Part shown: positions 26,306 through 40,508 of the stretch, piece after piece | Layout: every line of letters begins with the position of its first letter | How positions within the stretch are numbered: position 1 is the first letter of the stretch | Origin: Eledone cirrhosa | Lineage: Eukaryota | Assembly (NCBI GenBank): GCA_964016885.1 | Contig: OZ024744.1 | Location: 65,534,001 to 65,598,000 of the forward strand | Reading direction: 5' to 3' | DNA length: 64,000 nucleotides | Program-made: the position numbers and the translations under genes | Notes under the pieces: generated by a model | The model's input: only the letters and a program-made list of their open reading frames with translations | The model's database searches: none | What the model was told of the DNA's origin: nothing

Positions 26306-28559
26306 CTATAAAATAAAAAATAAAAGATAAATAAAAATTAGAGAAACAAATATAAAATTTTTAAAAACAAATTATACCAATTTTTTTTTTTAAATCTCAG
26401 GATGTTGACATTGAAATACAAATAGTTTAGTCCATTTCTAACCAACCATTATTACATAAGAACTTGTGTAAACTTTCAAAGTTGAAATGAATACCATTAC
26501 TCTGAAAATTTGCAATGTTTTTATTAGATAAGATTCCATTTTAAAATAATTATTAACTATCTGCTTTCAGTGTAAAATATATATCAAGTTTAAAACAGGG
26601 CATAAAATTCCTCATTTTTAAATGTTAAATATTTGCAAAATGCTAATTCTTGTTTTCTTTTTTTTTTTTTTTTTTTTTACAGCCCATTGATATTAAACAG
26701 GCACTAGCAGGTGCTTCCATTAAGGATGTAATGCCATTACAATGTCAGATGAGATGAAACTGATTCAATTGAAATAGCTGAAGTAAAGTCTTTCTATTCA
26801 GAATGGTAATTAATTCCAAGAGTATTAACCATAGATAATTCCTGATATTCAGAAATTAACTTGGAATGAAAGAGTTTATTTTCCCATAACAGTGCTGTAT
26901 TTTCTTAAATCAAGCAGAGGCAAATCTATACAGGTATGTTAAGGTTAGATATTCAAGCAATAATATCAGAACAACAACTGAGCTTTAAGATAAGGCAATG
27001 CTCTACTTACTCAAGCTAAAAATAGGTACTATTATCATGGCATAAATCATAGGGGGGGGGGGGGGGGGGGGGCTGAATATATAAAAATGGAATTACTAAA
27101 TTAGTAAAAATATAATCAAATTTTAGAACTGAACCTCTAGCTAAACATCAACTGCTCTATGTTGGCTGTTGAATAATATATAATCCAGGGAATAATATAT
27201 AATTCAAGGACATAAATGTAATATCCACACCCCTACACCTCCCAACTTGTCTACACCACCCTTATACTAAAGTTATGTAGGTATGACAAAAACATCCAGC
27301 CCACACTGTAAAGTGGTCATGTAGGTGTCACAACAAAAAGCACCCACCACACTAAATGTAGTTGGCGTTAGGAAGGGCATCCAGTCATAGAAATCTAGCC
27401 AGAAACGGTCCTATATGAGCAAGACAGTCACCTGACACAAATTGCCTCTAATGGGATAATCCATCTCATCCATGCTAGCATGGAAAATGGACATTAAACG
27501 ATGATTATATATTTCACTAAGAACAGAACGGATATCACTGCAAAACTAGATACTCAAGTAGTACTTGATCATTATGACTTAACTATGCTCGAGGTGTAGA
27601 AAAAGTGAAACAATTATGACTATTTCACCAAAGCACAAGCAGACAATGCATATACACATATGTTAAACTAAATATGCATATATTAGACATTAGAACAAAT
27701 TTGAGAGAAGAAAAATAAATTTGCCTCTTATAGCTTCAATATTAATGAATCAAGTATTGAAGTATGCATTTCTTAATAATGGCTTCTCAGCCTTTTAGAA
27801 AAGTGTATAAAATTGTTAATTTGTATATTTCAATAAAGTTATTTATTCAAAAGAATTTAATTATTAAACCTTATAAAAATGATGTAACAATTTACAAATG
27901 TGCAAAGCTGGAAACAAAACTTTTGCAAATCAGAACTAAAGTACCAGTGCTAAATTTACTTTTTTTTTTTAAATGGGCAACAAGCGATAGCTAAATCTCA
28001 CTTGGATAAGATGCCAGTCTGGCACATAATAACCAGGCATATTTTTTTATATCTAGATGAAGTGAAGCAATGTAAAATTTAACACCTGATGTGGGTCTCA
28101 GAAGAGAGAGAGCACTGACTATATTAGTAATCTTACTTTTCTCAAACACCATGTTCTCCAATTTAGACAAGCAAAGCCAAGCTTTCTGAGAATAACTTCT
28201 TTGCAGCAGTATATAAAACCAGATTAAACCAGGATCAAGAATAGCAAGTATGAATAAACAACAAAAATAAAAAGAATATAACCTTTCCTACATTCTCTAA
28301 TCAGTTTTATAAAAGAATAGCCAGAATCCTAATCCTCCTCTAAACAAATCATTGATATATAAATATATAATCTGAATGCTCTCCAGGTGGTTGTTTAATT
28401 CTTGGTCTACCCTGATCCAGTTGACCTATGCTCAAGTGACCACAGTTCTGAGGAAGAGGAGACTGTATGCGTGAGGAGGGGATCTGATGTGACCTTTTGG
28501 CAAAAAAAAAAAAAAAAAAAAAAAAATTGAAAACAATCAGCAGGCATGAAATAGCCAGA

Positions 28560-29226
28560 AATAGCAGGACTGTTAAGATTAACAAAACCACGAAAAGGAA
28601 ACAAACATCTAACCAGACATAACCTTTACTATCTAAGATCCAAGAATACATTGAGAAATAATGAAGTAGACAAAAATAACCATCTACACTCGTATTACAA
28701 GATCACAAACAAAACAAAGAGCATCTTTTGGGGGAGGTTTCATTTATATGACAGTCATAAATGCTTATATTTTGTACCCTAGGACAGTGGTTCCCAAAGT
28801 AGGTTCTGCAAAGGAGTATCTGAGGTACCGTGAAAAAAAAAAAAGCAGAGGAGTACATTTATATTACACCATAATAGTATTAGACATTCGGGTTACCCCC
28901 AAAAGTTTCTGAACCAAAAAGGGTTCTGTATCTGAAAAGGTTTGGGAAACCCTGCCCCAGGAGAACCAAAATAGCTAATAAAAACACTTAGAGAAAAACA
29001 AAAAACAGCTGATGTGGCTTACGTGATCAAGAAGCCAGCTCTACATCAAATGATAAAAAAAAAAATAGATCAGAAGATGTCAGAACTGTTGCATATTCCA
29101 ATGGGCCTGATTGCACCTCAAATGGCAAAAAAAGTCCATACCACATGGGAATGCAAGATATGCCAAATTGTTGCATTGTGCAGAGAACAGCATTGCTTTG
29201 CAAAGTTCCACAATTTAGAACAGTAA
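28560..29226 (+). mobile_element. Decayed piggyBac-type transposase C-terminus, interrupted by a hAT MITE
   Basis: EVDKNNHLHSYY, then MTVINAYILY just before 28785, then the cysteine-rich TTWECKICQIVALCREQHCFAKFH typical of piggyBac C-terminal domains. Confidence 0.65.
28785..28954. mobile_element. hAT/Charlie-type MITE
   Basis: TIRs CAGTGGTTCCCAAA / TTTGGGAAACCCTG; 8-bp TSD CCCTAGGA / CCCCAGGA (7 of 8 match). Confidence 0.8.
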
Positions 29227-32200
29227 ACTTTATAGATTTACTGTTATTTTTTTTACATTGTTTTCAACTAACCTGTAGCTTCACCTGCATCATTATGTAA
29301 CAACTCTTGTTCCAATAACCTGCACATGCCATCATATGTCCATTCTCTATGCTTGCAAAGTCAGATGAGTGTCACATTATGAAATAAGTCAAGTCAGATC
29401 AGATCAGGTGACCATGTCTTATAAGGAACTGTTTTGACTTGGTTTCTATAGCTGGATGCCTTTCTTAATGCCAACCAACCATATTACAACATGGTCTGTG
29501 CTAAAACAACCATCTAACGAGGTAAACTTGGTGCTTTTTGCCAAGTCACCAGCATGACAAACTTACAATGTGACATTGTTCAGTGCATTGATTTGATAAA
29601 AGTTCAAATAGATAAGAACCATTGAACTATATAGTGAAAATGAAATACTTTTGTGTAAAAACACAATCTGTGTTTCTTGTAAATTTCACTATAAGCAACA
29701 AAAAGGCAAAGGAAAATATATAATTCTTGTTTCTGATGTTTACATGACTGTCTTTTTAGTAAGTACATTTACTAAATTTAATGACATCTTTTATCTTTAT
29801 TTTTATTATTATGGAATTAATTATCAATTAGTTATACAATTTTTAACACGTGATTACAACATATTAAAAAGTAGAGCATTTTCTGCATTGCTGCTAATTT
29901 CAATAATCATCTCTACAAAATATAGACACATTCAACATTTGTATAAACAAATCTGTTTTTATGCATTTTCTGCTAAAACGTTACAGGACTGGGGGCTTGA
30001 CATTCAACAGGATGCTCTAAGAGTTAAATGGAAATGTGAATGGCATAAACATCACAACTGCCATTTAATTTTCTACTAAAACAAAACAGCATGTGGTACC
30101 ATATGCAGGTCACATAAAAGTCTTTTCAAAGAAAATATGCATTGCTATCACAGTTCTTCAGATCCTTACCAAAGCAAAAATTTAAATACTAACAAAAATC
30201 GCCTCTTTTACTAAACAAAATAACATTTTAATAAGCACGCATTTAGATTTAAATCTTCCAACACAATTTTATATAAGAACCTATGTTACAAATGCCATCT
30301 TAATTTTTTAAAAATGAAGAATGCAGAGGGATTCACTAAATTTATTAATACAAATACAGTGTATTTCATTAGAAATATGGTAATGAAAAGGTTGTCCACA
30401 ATGTAGATCTTGGAGTTTCTTCCCCACTAAAGTAATTAAATAAATTAGTTAAAGTTTGTCCCAAGCCTGGAAGCTCATCAAGCCAGTACTTATCCCAGTT
30501 TCATCAGTGTTAGGCAAGTGAGAGTACAAGACTCCCTGCTGGACAGGATGCCAGTCCATAAGAGAACCCCAGGTACTGCTGGTAGCCATTTTCAGCTGAC
30601 TACAACCCGGTCCAAGAATCAAATCCACATCATAACCTTAAGTTCAACACCTGAACCATAACTAAGCCATGCACCCTTAATGTAGTAAAGAAAAACATAA
30701 AATAGACCATTTTCATTTTAACATCCACTTTTCTATGCTGTCATGGGTTGAATGAAACTATTTTTTTATGAGGAGGGGGGGGGGGGTTTACAGCTAGATG
30801 CTTTTCCTGATGTCAAATCTATAAAGAACATATTTAACACTAATACATTTTAGTACTAAATACATATGATCTATGCAAAGGTTACAGGTATGTAATTAGA
30901 ATGTCGGATAAAGTGCTTCGTTCCGGGTCTCTGAGTTCAAATCCTGCCATGGTCAATTTTGCCTTTCATCCATTCATTGAGAAAAATGTACCAGTCTATT
31001 ACTGGGGGTCAATTCTTCTATATCTCTTTCTCACTTCCTTTCTCTCTCTCTCTGGAAGAAATCTGCTGTACTCAGGCCTTGAGAGGGGATAGGCTCTACC
31101 AGATTTAAAAATACCCTAAGAAATGTTGTATGTCAATATGGCACCCCTACGATTTCCTCATGAGTTACAGATTCATACCATACCCGTCATCATCATCATC
31201 GTTTAACGTCCATTTTTCCATGCTTGCATGAGAGAGGGATCGTCCACATCGAAAGACAAGTCTGGCCAGGATTGGCCACACTGTACCTTGCTCTGACGGG
31301 ACTGTAATTTGGCTGGGGATTCTTACAGCTGGATGTGCTTCCTAACACCGACCACATTTACATGGTTTATTTACAAGTAATATTACAGAATGAAATAACT
31401 AGAACCTAAGGGAAATAGACCCTCAAAATTGCAAGCCTATGCCAACAAGACCACTTAGTGAACCCCTTTTTCTGGTTTGGCTATTCTAAACAGTCAAGTT
31501 TCATAAGCTCTATACTGTTCCCTCTGTTCATACTGCTACAGTATTATGAGCAGTTCAACTGAGCAGTTTTAATCTATTATCTCAGCAACATTAAAACATT
31601 TGCATGCAAGCAATTAAATCAAACCTTCATAATAGCAACAATTACAGAATTGCTGAACCAAAGCAAACCACAAAGAATATATATTCTGTTGTATCAAGCT
31701 AACATAAAATAACATTTGAAAATATAGACATAAAAGGATGATAATATGTGAGTGTGTGAGTGAGTGTGAAAGTGTGAGAGAGAGGAGAGAGAGGAAGAGA
31801 GAGAGAGTGTGTGCGTGCGTGTCCATTTTCTCCTGCTGCTAATTAATTTAAAGATGAATGGTATATACTAATTTATAAATAAAGCAAGAGTTAGCATCAG
31901 GAAAGGTATCTAGGTATAGAAACAAAATAAAAACTGACCACCACCCACACATCCATCCATCAACCCACCAAAAATACATTTTCATTCAACTCATGCCACC
32001 AAAGAGATCATTCAGAGTTGCTGGTCTGTATTAGACACCACATTATTTGTATGCTTCAATACCAACCACTTGGTGTTGAACTGAGTGCATTTTATTAGAG
32101 ACTAGCACTAGGTTTTTTTTAATTCTCAGTGCTAAACTAAAGAGTCTTTTCTAACCTACACTATCTACACCCTTTCAAGAAAAATGTGACTAAGGGAGTG

Positions 32201-32346
32201 AATAGAAGAGAGACTGATGACAAACGGTATAAAAAAATAAAAAAATAAAAAATGAGTTGATGGGAAGAAGCAGTTATGGGAACAAGAGAATAATAATGGA
32301 GGAAGTAACAGAAGACACAAAGATAGCTACATGTTGCTTATTGGTA

Positions 32347-32686
32347 AGGTGCATGGCTTAGTGGTCAAAGCATTGGCCTTGCAATCGAAAGGTTGTGAGT
32401 TCAATTCTCAGACCGGGTGATGTGTTGTTTCTTTGAGCAAGACACTATTTCACATTGCTCCAGTTTACTCAGCTGTAAAAATGAGATGATAGGGACTGGG
32501 GTCCCTATCATTCCACTGCAAAATGGTCGTGGCGGTGCCACAGCAAAAAAGCACCCAGCACTCACTGTAAATGAGGTTGGTGTTAGGAAGGGCATCCAGC
32601 TGTAGAAATCAAGCCAGAATCAGTTCCCGTCCAACCCTTGCAAGCAGGGAAAAGCAGACGTAAAATGATGATGATGATGATGATGA
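32347..32686 (+). mobile_element. Same SINE, copy B
   Basis: Near-identical to copies A and C in opposite orientation; (GAT)n tail at 32666-32686. Confidence 0.88.
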
Positions 32687-35600
32687 CTAGCATGATGGGA
32701 TAGTAACAAGGTGGTAAATGACAGTTATAGACATCAGTGAAAAATGACATGGGATTGATATGGATAGATAAAAAGCCATCTCTTATTACACTAGGAAAGA
32801 GGTATATTGTTAATGGGCAATAGTCGAGGGAATTGAATATAGACAGCTCAAATGCCATCTCTTGTGACAAGCAGTCTACAGTGACAAGGAAAGAGGCTGA
32901 ATGATAGCCGAGGGGTAACAATGAAAAGGAAGTAAATGGAGAGTTAATAAGAATAGAATGGTCAAGAGATCATATATGTGTGTGAGTGGGTGTGTGTGTA
33001 TCCATCCAAACCTCCATTGCAATTAATTTCAGGAGAGAGTATGACATTTTATTTTGATTGAGAGATCACAGCACCAATACTATGATTATGTAGTTAGAAT
33101 GTCTCAGGAAAAAAAAATCATTGGACAGATTTTATGAGCAAAACCAACCAGCAGGAGACCCTGGAGTAGACGGCAAGCAAGATGGTTGAATAACATCCAT
33201 GAGCTTGGCTGGCCACGCTTGGGAATCCAACTGGATCAGTTGGAGACAGCTACTTCTGACAGGACCTGCTGGAACAAGAGTTTGAAGACTGCCCCCACGA
33301 CCCCCTCAGGAATAACTGGGCGAAGAAGAAGCCTGAAAAAGGTTAAATTTAGAGCCAACTTAAGTAGGGTCTGAATATAAAAATGATATAACTAAATACC
33401 AGAAGGTATTTTCTTTAGTGTTCTAGAAATTCTGCCATCCACTACAAATATCTTGATTGTAATGTAAAATAGCTTTAAAAACTTTTTCCCAAAATTTATA
33501 TTTAAATGTGTTAAATAAAACACACTTTGTATACAATTCTTAAGGAAATGTGATAAGGTAAATTAAAGAAACTAGTTGTAAATATAAAATAAAATCAGAT
33601 TTACTATTTATATACTCATAGACAAGTTGCATTTTACTCCACTTGTGGAAAATGTGCAGTTCTCTACTAGCTGGGTGTAATCTTAATGCACATTAGATGC
33701 TGCACACATTATCAACTAAACATTATCATTTAAAGTCTATTTTCCATTCTTGCATGGGTTAGATGGATTGTCACATTCTGAGGTTATACAGGTCAAGTGA
33801 CTACATCTTGTTCATATGTTCTAGTTTTGGATGTCCTAAGTGGCAAATTCAAAATATTGGCTAAACTGATTATTTCAACTGAATTTTTTTTCTTTTTCTA
33901 TTTTTATTTATATGTATATGGCAATAAAACTGATAAAACAATGATTCCTTCTGATAAAGGCATGACTAATCTTTGTAGGGGAAGTGAAATGACAAATGAA
34001 TTCACTTACTGGGACTATATTGGCCAGTGTAGAGAATATAGATAAAAATCAAACCTGGCATGATTTAAACAGGCCATATCTTGCCAGAATTCTCTCGTTT
34101 TCTGTTGAAACCAGCCATAACTGGCTGCTCATATTTACGTTAAGGTATTGTTATCAAAATAAATAATATCAAAATTTCGTAGAATCGATATTATGCAAGA
34201 TAATTATGTGAGATAAAGACTACTCTATATTTACTATTGTATTTTCATGGTAATGTAAATGCTAAAGTGTTACGGTATTTAGCATCTGCTAAGTTGCTAT
34301 CCTAATATGAGGAATATTACAACCATTTAAATTACATGCAATCTATGTTCCATTGGATTTTTAAGCAACATTGGATGATGTCATCTTCAGAGTTAGCGAA
34401 GATAACTGAATACTATGTAGCAATGTCAAGGTGATTTGTTCCACACCAATGGTATTCCAACAAACCAAAAATATGAATTACACTTCTTCAATTATTTGGC
34501 ATTATATGAAGACATTATTTACAAATATCACAAGTGCAAAAATGCAGAAATTATTGGTGGTGGTGGTGGGATCCTACCACAAGCTAATATCCCATGGAAA
34601 GGTTTAGCAGATTTATCAAAGTTCAGAATGTTTGAAAATTCAAACCAGTCTATTTTTCATAAACCTCAAAATGAGAAGAAAAAAAAAAAAAAAAAAAATC
34701 TAAATTGATATTTTTTTGTTTAACCCTTTCATTGCTAAATTTTAAAGGAAATGCACTGTTTACGATTTTAAAATAATTTTGACAAGATTTAGTAAAATAC
34801 TAACTCATTATTAAGCAGGTATTTGAAGTATTGAAATTTTTTTATATAAATACACTTTAAAACAAATAGTTTTGTATCTTAGAACCAGGTGTGTTTACAG
34901 GTGGTTTGGTATCAAAAGGGCTAAATCACAAACTAATCAACCATATATATGAACAAAATTTGTCCTTATAGCAACACACAAATTATCAAAATTTTCCACA
35001 AAATTTCAAAGACAAAAAAAGAAAAGCAAAGATCAAATTTCCTATATAAAAAAAAAAATTAAAAAAAATTTAAAAAAATTTAAAAAAAAAAAAATACATA
35101 TAAAACTTCAAATACAAGAAGTCTATTTCAATGAAAATGAATCTTGAGAAATTATGTGGCACTAAAATTCGATTAAGATAAATAGCAAAATCTTAAGGTA
35201 GGAAATTATGGCAAAATGTTCAAATTTTAACACAATCTGAATATGGTAGATAAATGAAGTTAAATCAACCACCAAATACAATTTTCACATCAAATTAACT
35301 ATTTAATAGTTCAGTTCTAAACTAACTGGCTTCTTTATAAAAATAAAACTTCACTTTAAATTGAAATTTATTTCCAACAGCAAACTCTAGAATAAAAATT
35401 ACTTTCTATTTTAGAGTTATAACAAATTAGTATAAAATTTGATTAATATCTCAAGCAAAGAACATGCGCTAAAACTAAGAAAGAATTGTTCCTAACAACT
35501 CCAGAGCATTACATAGAATTTAATTGAGATTTTACTTTTCAACATATAAAATATATATCATAAAATAAATCTGCAAAAAGTCAACTGAAAATTTATAGTC

Positions 35601-35964
35601 AAACCAAGTTTTAGTGCCAACACTAAAAGAAAAATGAAAGCCAATTTTGGACCCTCTGCATGCAAGAGGCAATAAAACATTTTTAATTGAATAACACCCT
35701 AGTGTTGGTAGTTATCCGAGTGTCTATAATGTCCTACAGTTTAAAACACAAAAATTTGGGATCCTCAAAGACAGGAGGAGGTTTATCCAGTATATTAAGC
35801 AGAATAACCATACAGAATCTTTCTTGTAACTTTTACAAAACCTCAATCAAATACATTAATGATATAGGTTCGATCAAGTAAAACTGGCTACAGCTAAGAG
35901 TTCAGAAAAAAAAAAAAGAAAAAGAAACACCTAAAAGAGTTATCACTTAATATAACTGTTTCTA

Positions 35965-36135
35965 GTTTTGGCACAAGGCCAGCAATTACCCAGTACATTA
36001 CTGGTACTTTATTTTGTTGACCCCGTAAGGATGAAAGGCAAAGTTAACCTTGACGGGATTTGAACTCAGACCATAAAGGGATGTAACTATGCTGGAAAGC
36101 ATGGCGTCCGACTCTACCGATACTGCCAATCCACT
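35965..36135 (-). mobile_element. Second SINE family (core GCCTTTCATCCTTACGGGGTC-A-AAAATAAAAGTACCAG); other copies at ~715-850, 2836-2985, 30900-31010, 42490-42600, 47840-47990, 62715-62910
   Basis: B box GAGTTCAAATCC precedes the core and all fuller copies end in TTGCTGGCCTTGTGCC. Core resembles the Nin/Inv-type SINE domain (from memory, not searched). Confidence 0.72.
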
Positions 36136-38839
36136 GGGTTAGATAGGTTTGATGTACATCAGATCACTACTTTGCGCCTGTAATTTTGTAGCTCTGTATC
36201 CTAAAAAAATAACTTCACAACATTTTACTATATCTTCTTAGCTGTCACAGTTGATACCACCTACTGTCTTTCTTACCCAGGGCATCATCTGTTCAAATTA
36301 CATGTCCATAACAGTGCAGTCACCTCTTCCATTTACTGCAATAACTTATGTAATAACTGTAATACTTTGTCTATCTCTCAAATCTCTATCTTCCATATAG
36401 GTTGTTAATATACATCTAACATTACTAGACTCATCTCATCTCTCTCAGGTCACCTCAGTAATTTGCACTGTGGTATTACTTTCGTTATACTTCGTATAGT
36501 CTGTCTTATACACAAGAGAAAGCCTTTATTGCTAAAAAAGATAGGCAAAGATTTTGAAGACTTGAAAACTATATTCTACTAATGATGGCTAAATATCTAC
36601 CTACTCCATCCACACAAGCTTTATTCTTTTCCCGGTTTCAGTCATTATATTTTATAATATTGGTCTTGTAGGTGTCACTGCAAAAAAAAAAAAAAAAAAA
36701 AAAAAATCACCCAGTCCACAGAGTAAAGTGGTCATGTAGGTGTGTCACAACAAAAAGCACCCAGTACTCCCTGTAAATGAGGTTGGTGCTAGGAAAGGCA
36801 TCAAGCTGCAGAAACCAAGCCTGAATTGGTTATGTACAAGCAAAACATGGTCACCTGACCTGGCATTGCTCACAATAGGATAACTCGTCTAACCCATGCT
36901 AGCAGAGAAAAATCGACATTAAACGGTGAACACCCCCACCCACAGTACTTATTTTAGTCTAGTATTGATTTTATAGCTCCATCATCATCCTTTTACGTCC
37001 GATTTTCCCTGCTTGCATATAATTGAATATGTAAATGAACCTTTTGGCACAATGTTTTTTTTAATTTTACATAGATAAATATAAACACAAACACCTCTAT
37101 ATAGAATGGGCTTCTGCAGCTTCCATTGACCAATTTCCACTCAAATTATTGGTCAGCCTGATGTTTACAGAAGATACTTGCCCAAGGTGGTACTGTAAAG
37201 TAGGATTGAATCAGAAACGACATAATTGCAACATAACCTTAATCACACAGCCATGCTTGTATATTATCTTACAACACAGATATTAGGCTTCAGATGTAAC
37301 AGGTGAGAGGAAGTATCACATGATACTTATTGCAACTGTAGTGCTGTCTACTCATCATACTATTATTACTACAAACCTATTGAAAATGCTTATTCTATAC
37401 CTTGCCCCCCACCCTATAGAAATATATATTCGACATAACTCAATGTTCCAGTTATGTATGCTGGGGAATACATCCATAATGAGGTATAGTTCACCACTGA
37501 AGTTTGTAGAGGTGAACATAAATCAGAATTCAACATAATATTTCATTATCACAATCACCATTTAACATCTATTTTCCATTCTTGCATGAGCTAAACAAGT
37601 CAAGTCTCATTTTTGGCATGGCATCTATAGCTGGATGCCCATTCTACTGCTAACCACCTTACAGTGTGTATTGGGAGTATTTTAAACATGACTGCAACAC
37701 CTTGTAGAGTGGGATAGATGATTTTCGTCATGGCACTAGCACAACATATAAAAAATAACAAGATTAAAGTTTATGAAACACTGAACATTTACATTACTCC
37801 ATATATACTTTTGTATTTTTGTGGTAAATGCTTATCTCAAAATATCTCGCATAATATCAAATCTATGAGATTTTGATGTTATTTTGAGAACAATACCTTA
37901 ACATCAGTATGAGCGACTAGTTACAGCCAATTGAACAGAAAAAGTGAGCGAATTCTGGCTGGATGCAGCCGGTTTAACTGCCAAAAAGTTAAACAAAGAT
38001 GTTGTGACAACACCGCACACACTCTGCAAGGTGTCTCTACAATGTCTTTTCAAGAATGAATTGCCTAGGACAGTGGTGATAAAACCATGCCACAAATGCC
38101 TGACATGGCATGCAGTGTTTAATTTCGTACATGTAAAATATATATTTTATGTTTTTATTTTTTTAAATATCAGCCACCTTTAAGTTATCAACTGTCACTT
38201 CAAGAGTAGATAGATACATGTGCTGTCATACAATGATTACAAATTTTTTTAATAATAAATGACCATTTAGTCAAGGTGACAATGTGTGTATTATGTAAAC
38301 CACTAAGCTTCCTGCCAGTAACACTATGTCAAACCCTTTCGTTAAGATATTTCTAATAAAAAAAAACACCGTTTTCAAACAATTTTGAAAATAATCGAGA
38401 ATTTGGAAGAATTTAGTAATATAACTTCCCTCATTATTACTTAAATGTTCTCAAATTATGATGGCAGGTTTTTTCTATAAACAAACACTGAAATTATTCT
38501 TATATCAAAACCAGGAGTGGTTTGGTATCAAAAGAGTTAAAATTGACTAAACATCCTGTTCTTTCTCCACAAATTTAATTTACAATATACAAATATTATA
38601 AAACACTATGAGCACAAAGTATATTTTACATAGAATATTATTATAAATGTGCGCACATGTGCGCTCTCCCTCACAAAAAGGTTTTCCACCTCTAACCTAA
38701 AGATTCTCCACTATAGCTGTATTGGATTGAATAACAAAAAATATATTTAATAAACCCTCAATTTGTACAGAACCCATAAAACTTATCACTCATCTTACTA
38801 GAATCCATAAAATATCACAATTCTCAAACACCTCCTACA

Positions 38840-39043
38840 CAGGGTATTTAAAAAAATTAGATATAATTTGAGATGTAAATAAATATCCCAGAAACTACCA
38901 GATTATATTGTGAGAGTGTCATAATGTTAAATTTTCAAGAATATATCTTATGTTACTCAACACCAAACCTACTCAGTTTTGTTGTCCTAGACTGTGGTTT
39001 CTGGGATATTTACATCTGAAATGAGATTTTTTTTAAACACCTT
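38840..39043. mobile_element. Tc1/mariner-type MITE
   Basis: TIRs CAGGGTATTTAAAAAAA / TTTTTTAAACACCTT plus inner inverted AATATCCCAGAAAC / GTTTCTGGGATATT. Confidence 0.62.
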
Positions 39044-39069
39044 ATATTACTCAAGGAACTACTTTAGTT

Positions 39070-40170
39070 TTTCCAAATTCCTGATCACGCTCTGCGCTAC
39101 ACCTTGTCACTCTCACACAGATCATCTCAGTGAACTCGACATCATCACCCTCTGCTTTGCAGAACTCATCTGCAACGTTAGGTTTGACAGCACTGGCTGG
39201 CAACAGGAAAATCTCCTAGTGAGGTTCAGTGACCTCAGCTTCCAATCTGCTTTGAATCTGGCACTGCCAGCCTACCTCAATCTCCTCCAGTCACCCTCAT
39301 TTGTGAGATCCTCAGCAAGACGGACAAACTTGTCATGGCCCTAGAACTGGAGCAGGCTCTGGCTGACTGGATGGGCGAAGGCCTGCGTCTGAGCCACTTC
39401 ACAGCCAAACAGTGGTGCGTTACTCAACTCGAAACCCTCTTCATCAACCAGTATTTTTTTAATGATGAGTGCAATTGCATCAGAGTGGCCCAAGGACTCA
39501 GGCTGTGTGTGAGCCACAAAAATGCCATTTTAGGTAGTAGTTGACGAGTTAGGCCTGCACCCACTGTCATGCTGCCAGAGTGCAGAACAGTTCCAACATC
39601 CCACTCAACGACAAAGGAATCTGGATGCAACTGGCTTCCAATCACAATTGGAGCCAGCAGCCTTCAACTACAAAGACAAGCACCCCAACAGAATTACCCT
39701 CTTTCCATTCAAAGAAGGTAAATCTCATCTGGGACACGACATGCTGCGATATTCTCTGCCTCCAACTTCAGCCATAAACCCTATTACCACAGCACACAAT
39801 GCAGAGGACAGGAAGACAAGCCAATACTAGGGCTTGTTCAGTCGCTTTCTCTTTGCACCAGTCGCCATGGAGACCTCAGGCATCCTTGGATACCAGACAG
39901 CCGAGTTCCTCTGCAAAATCGGAACATCAGCAGCCCGTTTGAGGAAAACACCCCACAAAGTGGAGTGACTGTTGCAGCAGGTGTCGCTGGCCATTGTCCG
40001 CAGAAATGCCTTGTAGTTTTGTCCGTGGGACAGCCAAAATTCAGCCCCAACCTGCGCATAGAGTGTCGCCCTCTTCCCCCCCCCCTCTCTCTTCCGTGTC
40101 CTAATAGTCCTTGCTCTTTTCTTCCTTTTAGGCAATTATAGTCCTTTGCTTTACAGCCAGATCTGCCCTT
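39070..40170 (+). mobile_element. Decayed CRE-clade (RLE-type) non-LTR retrotransposon, 3' part
   Basis: Frameshifted translation gives ICNVRFDSTGWQQENLLVRF...LALPAYL, then VDELGLHPLSC, KHPNRITLFPFKEGK..IWDTTC, AEDRK..QY, PVAMETSG and QQVSLAIVRRNA. This matches the CRE post-RT region plus restriction-like endonuclease. Confidence 0.75.
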
Positions 40171-40456
40171 CTTTACTCCTTCCCCCTTTTTTCATTTAAT
40201 TTTGTTTTTAATATTTCCATCATTGTATAACTTCTATCTGTAAAATATAGTTCACATATGTTTATGTATAATAGACAAAATATAAAAGATTTGTTATATA
40301 TAAAAAAAAAAAAAAAATAAAATAAAAAAACCACAATAGAAAAATCAGAACATATGCAGTTCACTCACTGAAAGTAACTTTTATTCTTTTTATTAAGCTA
40401 GCATTCATTATAGATCATTAGTATTTAAGTATTCTTGTTTAACCCTGGGTCATCCA

Positions 40457-40508
40457 TGATTGATCAGAACTAAAGTCATTTCTGATTGATCAGAACTAAA
40501 GTCATTTC
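40457..40508. repeat. Exact 26-bp tandem duplication
   Basis: TGATTGATCAGAACTAAAGTCATTTC twice. Confidence 0.9.
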
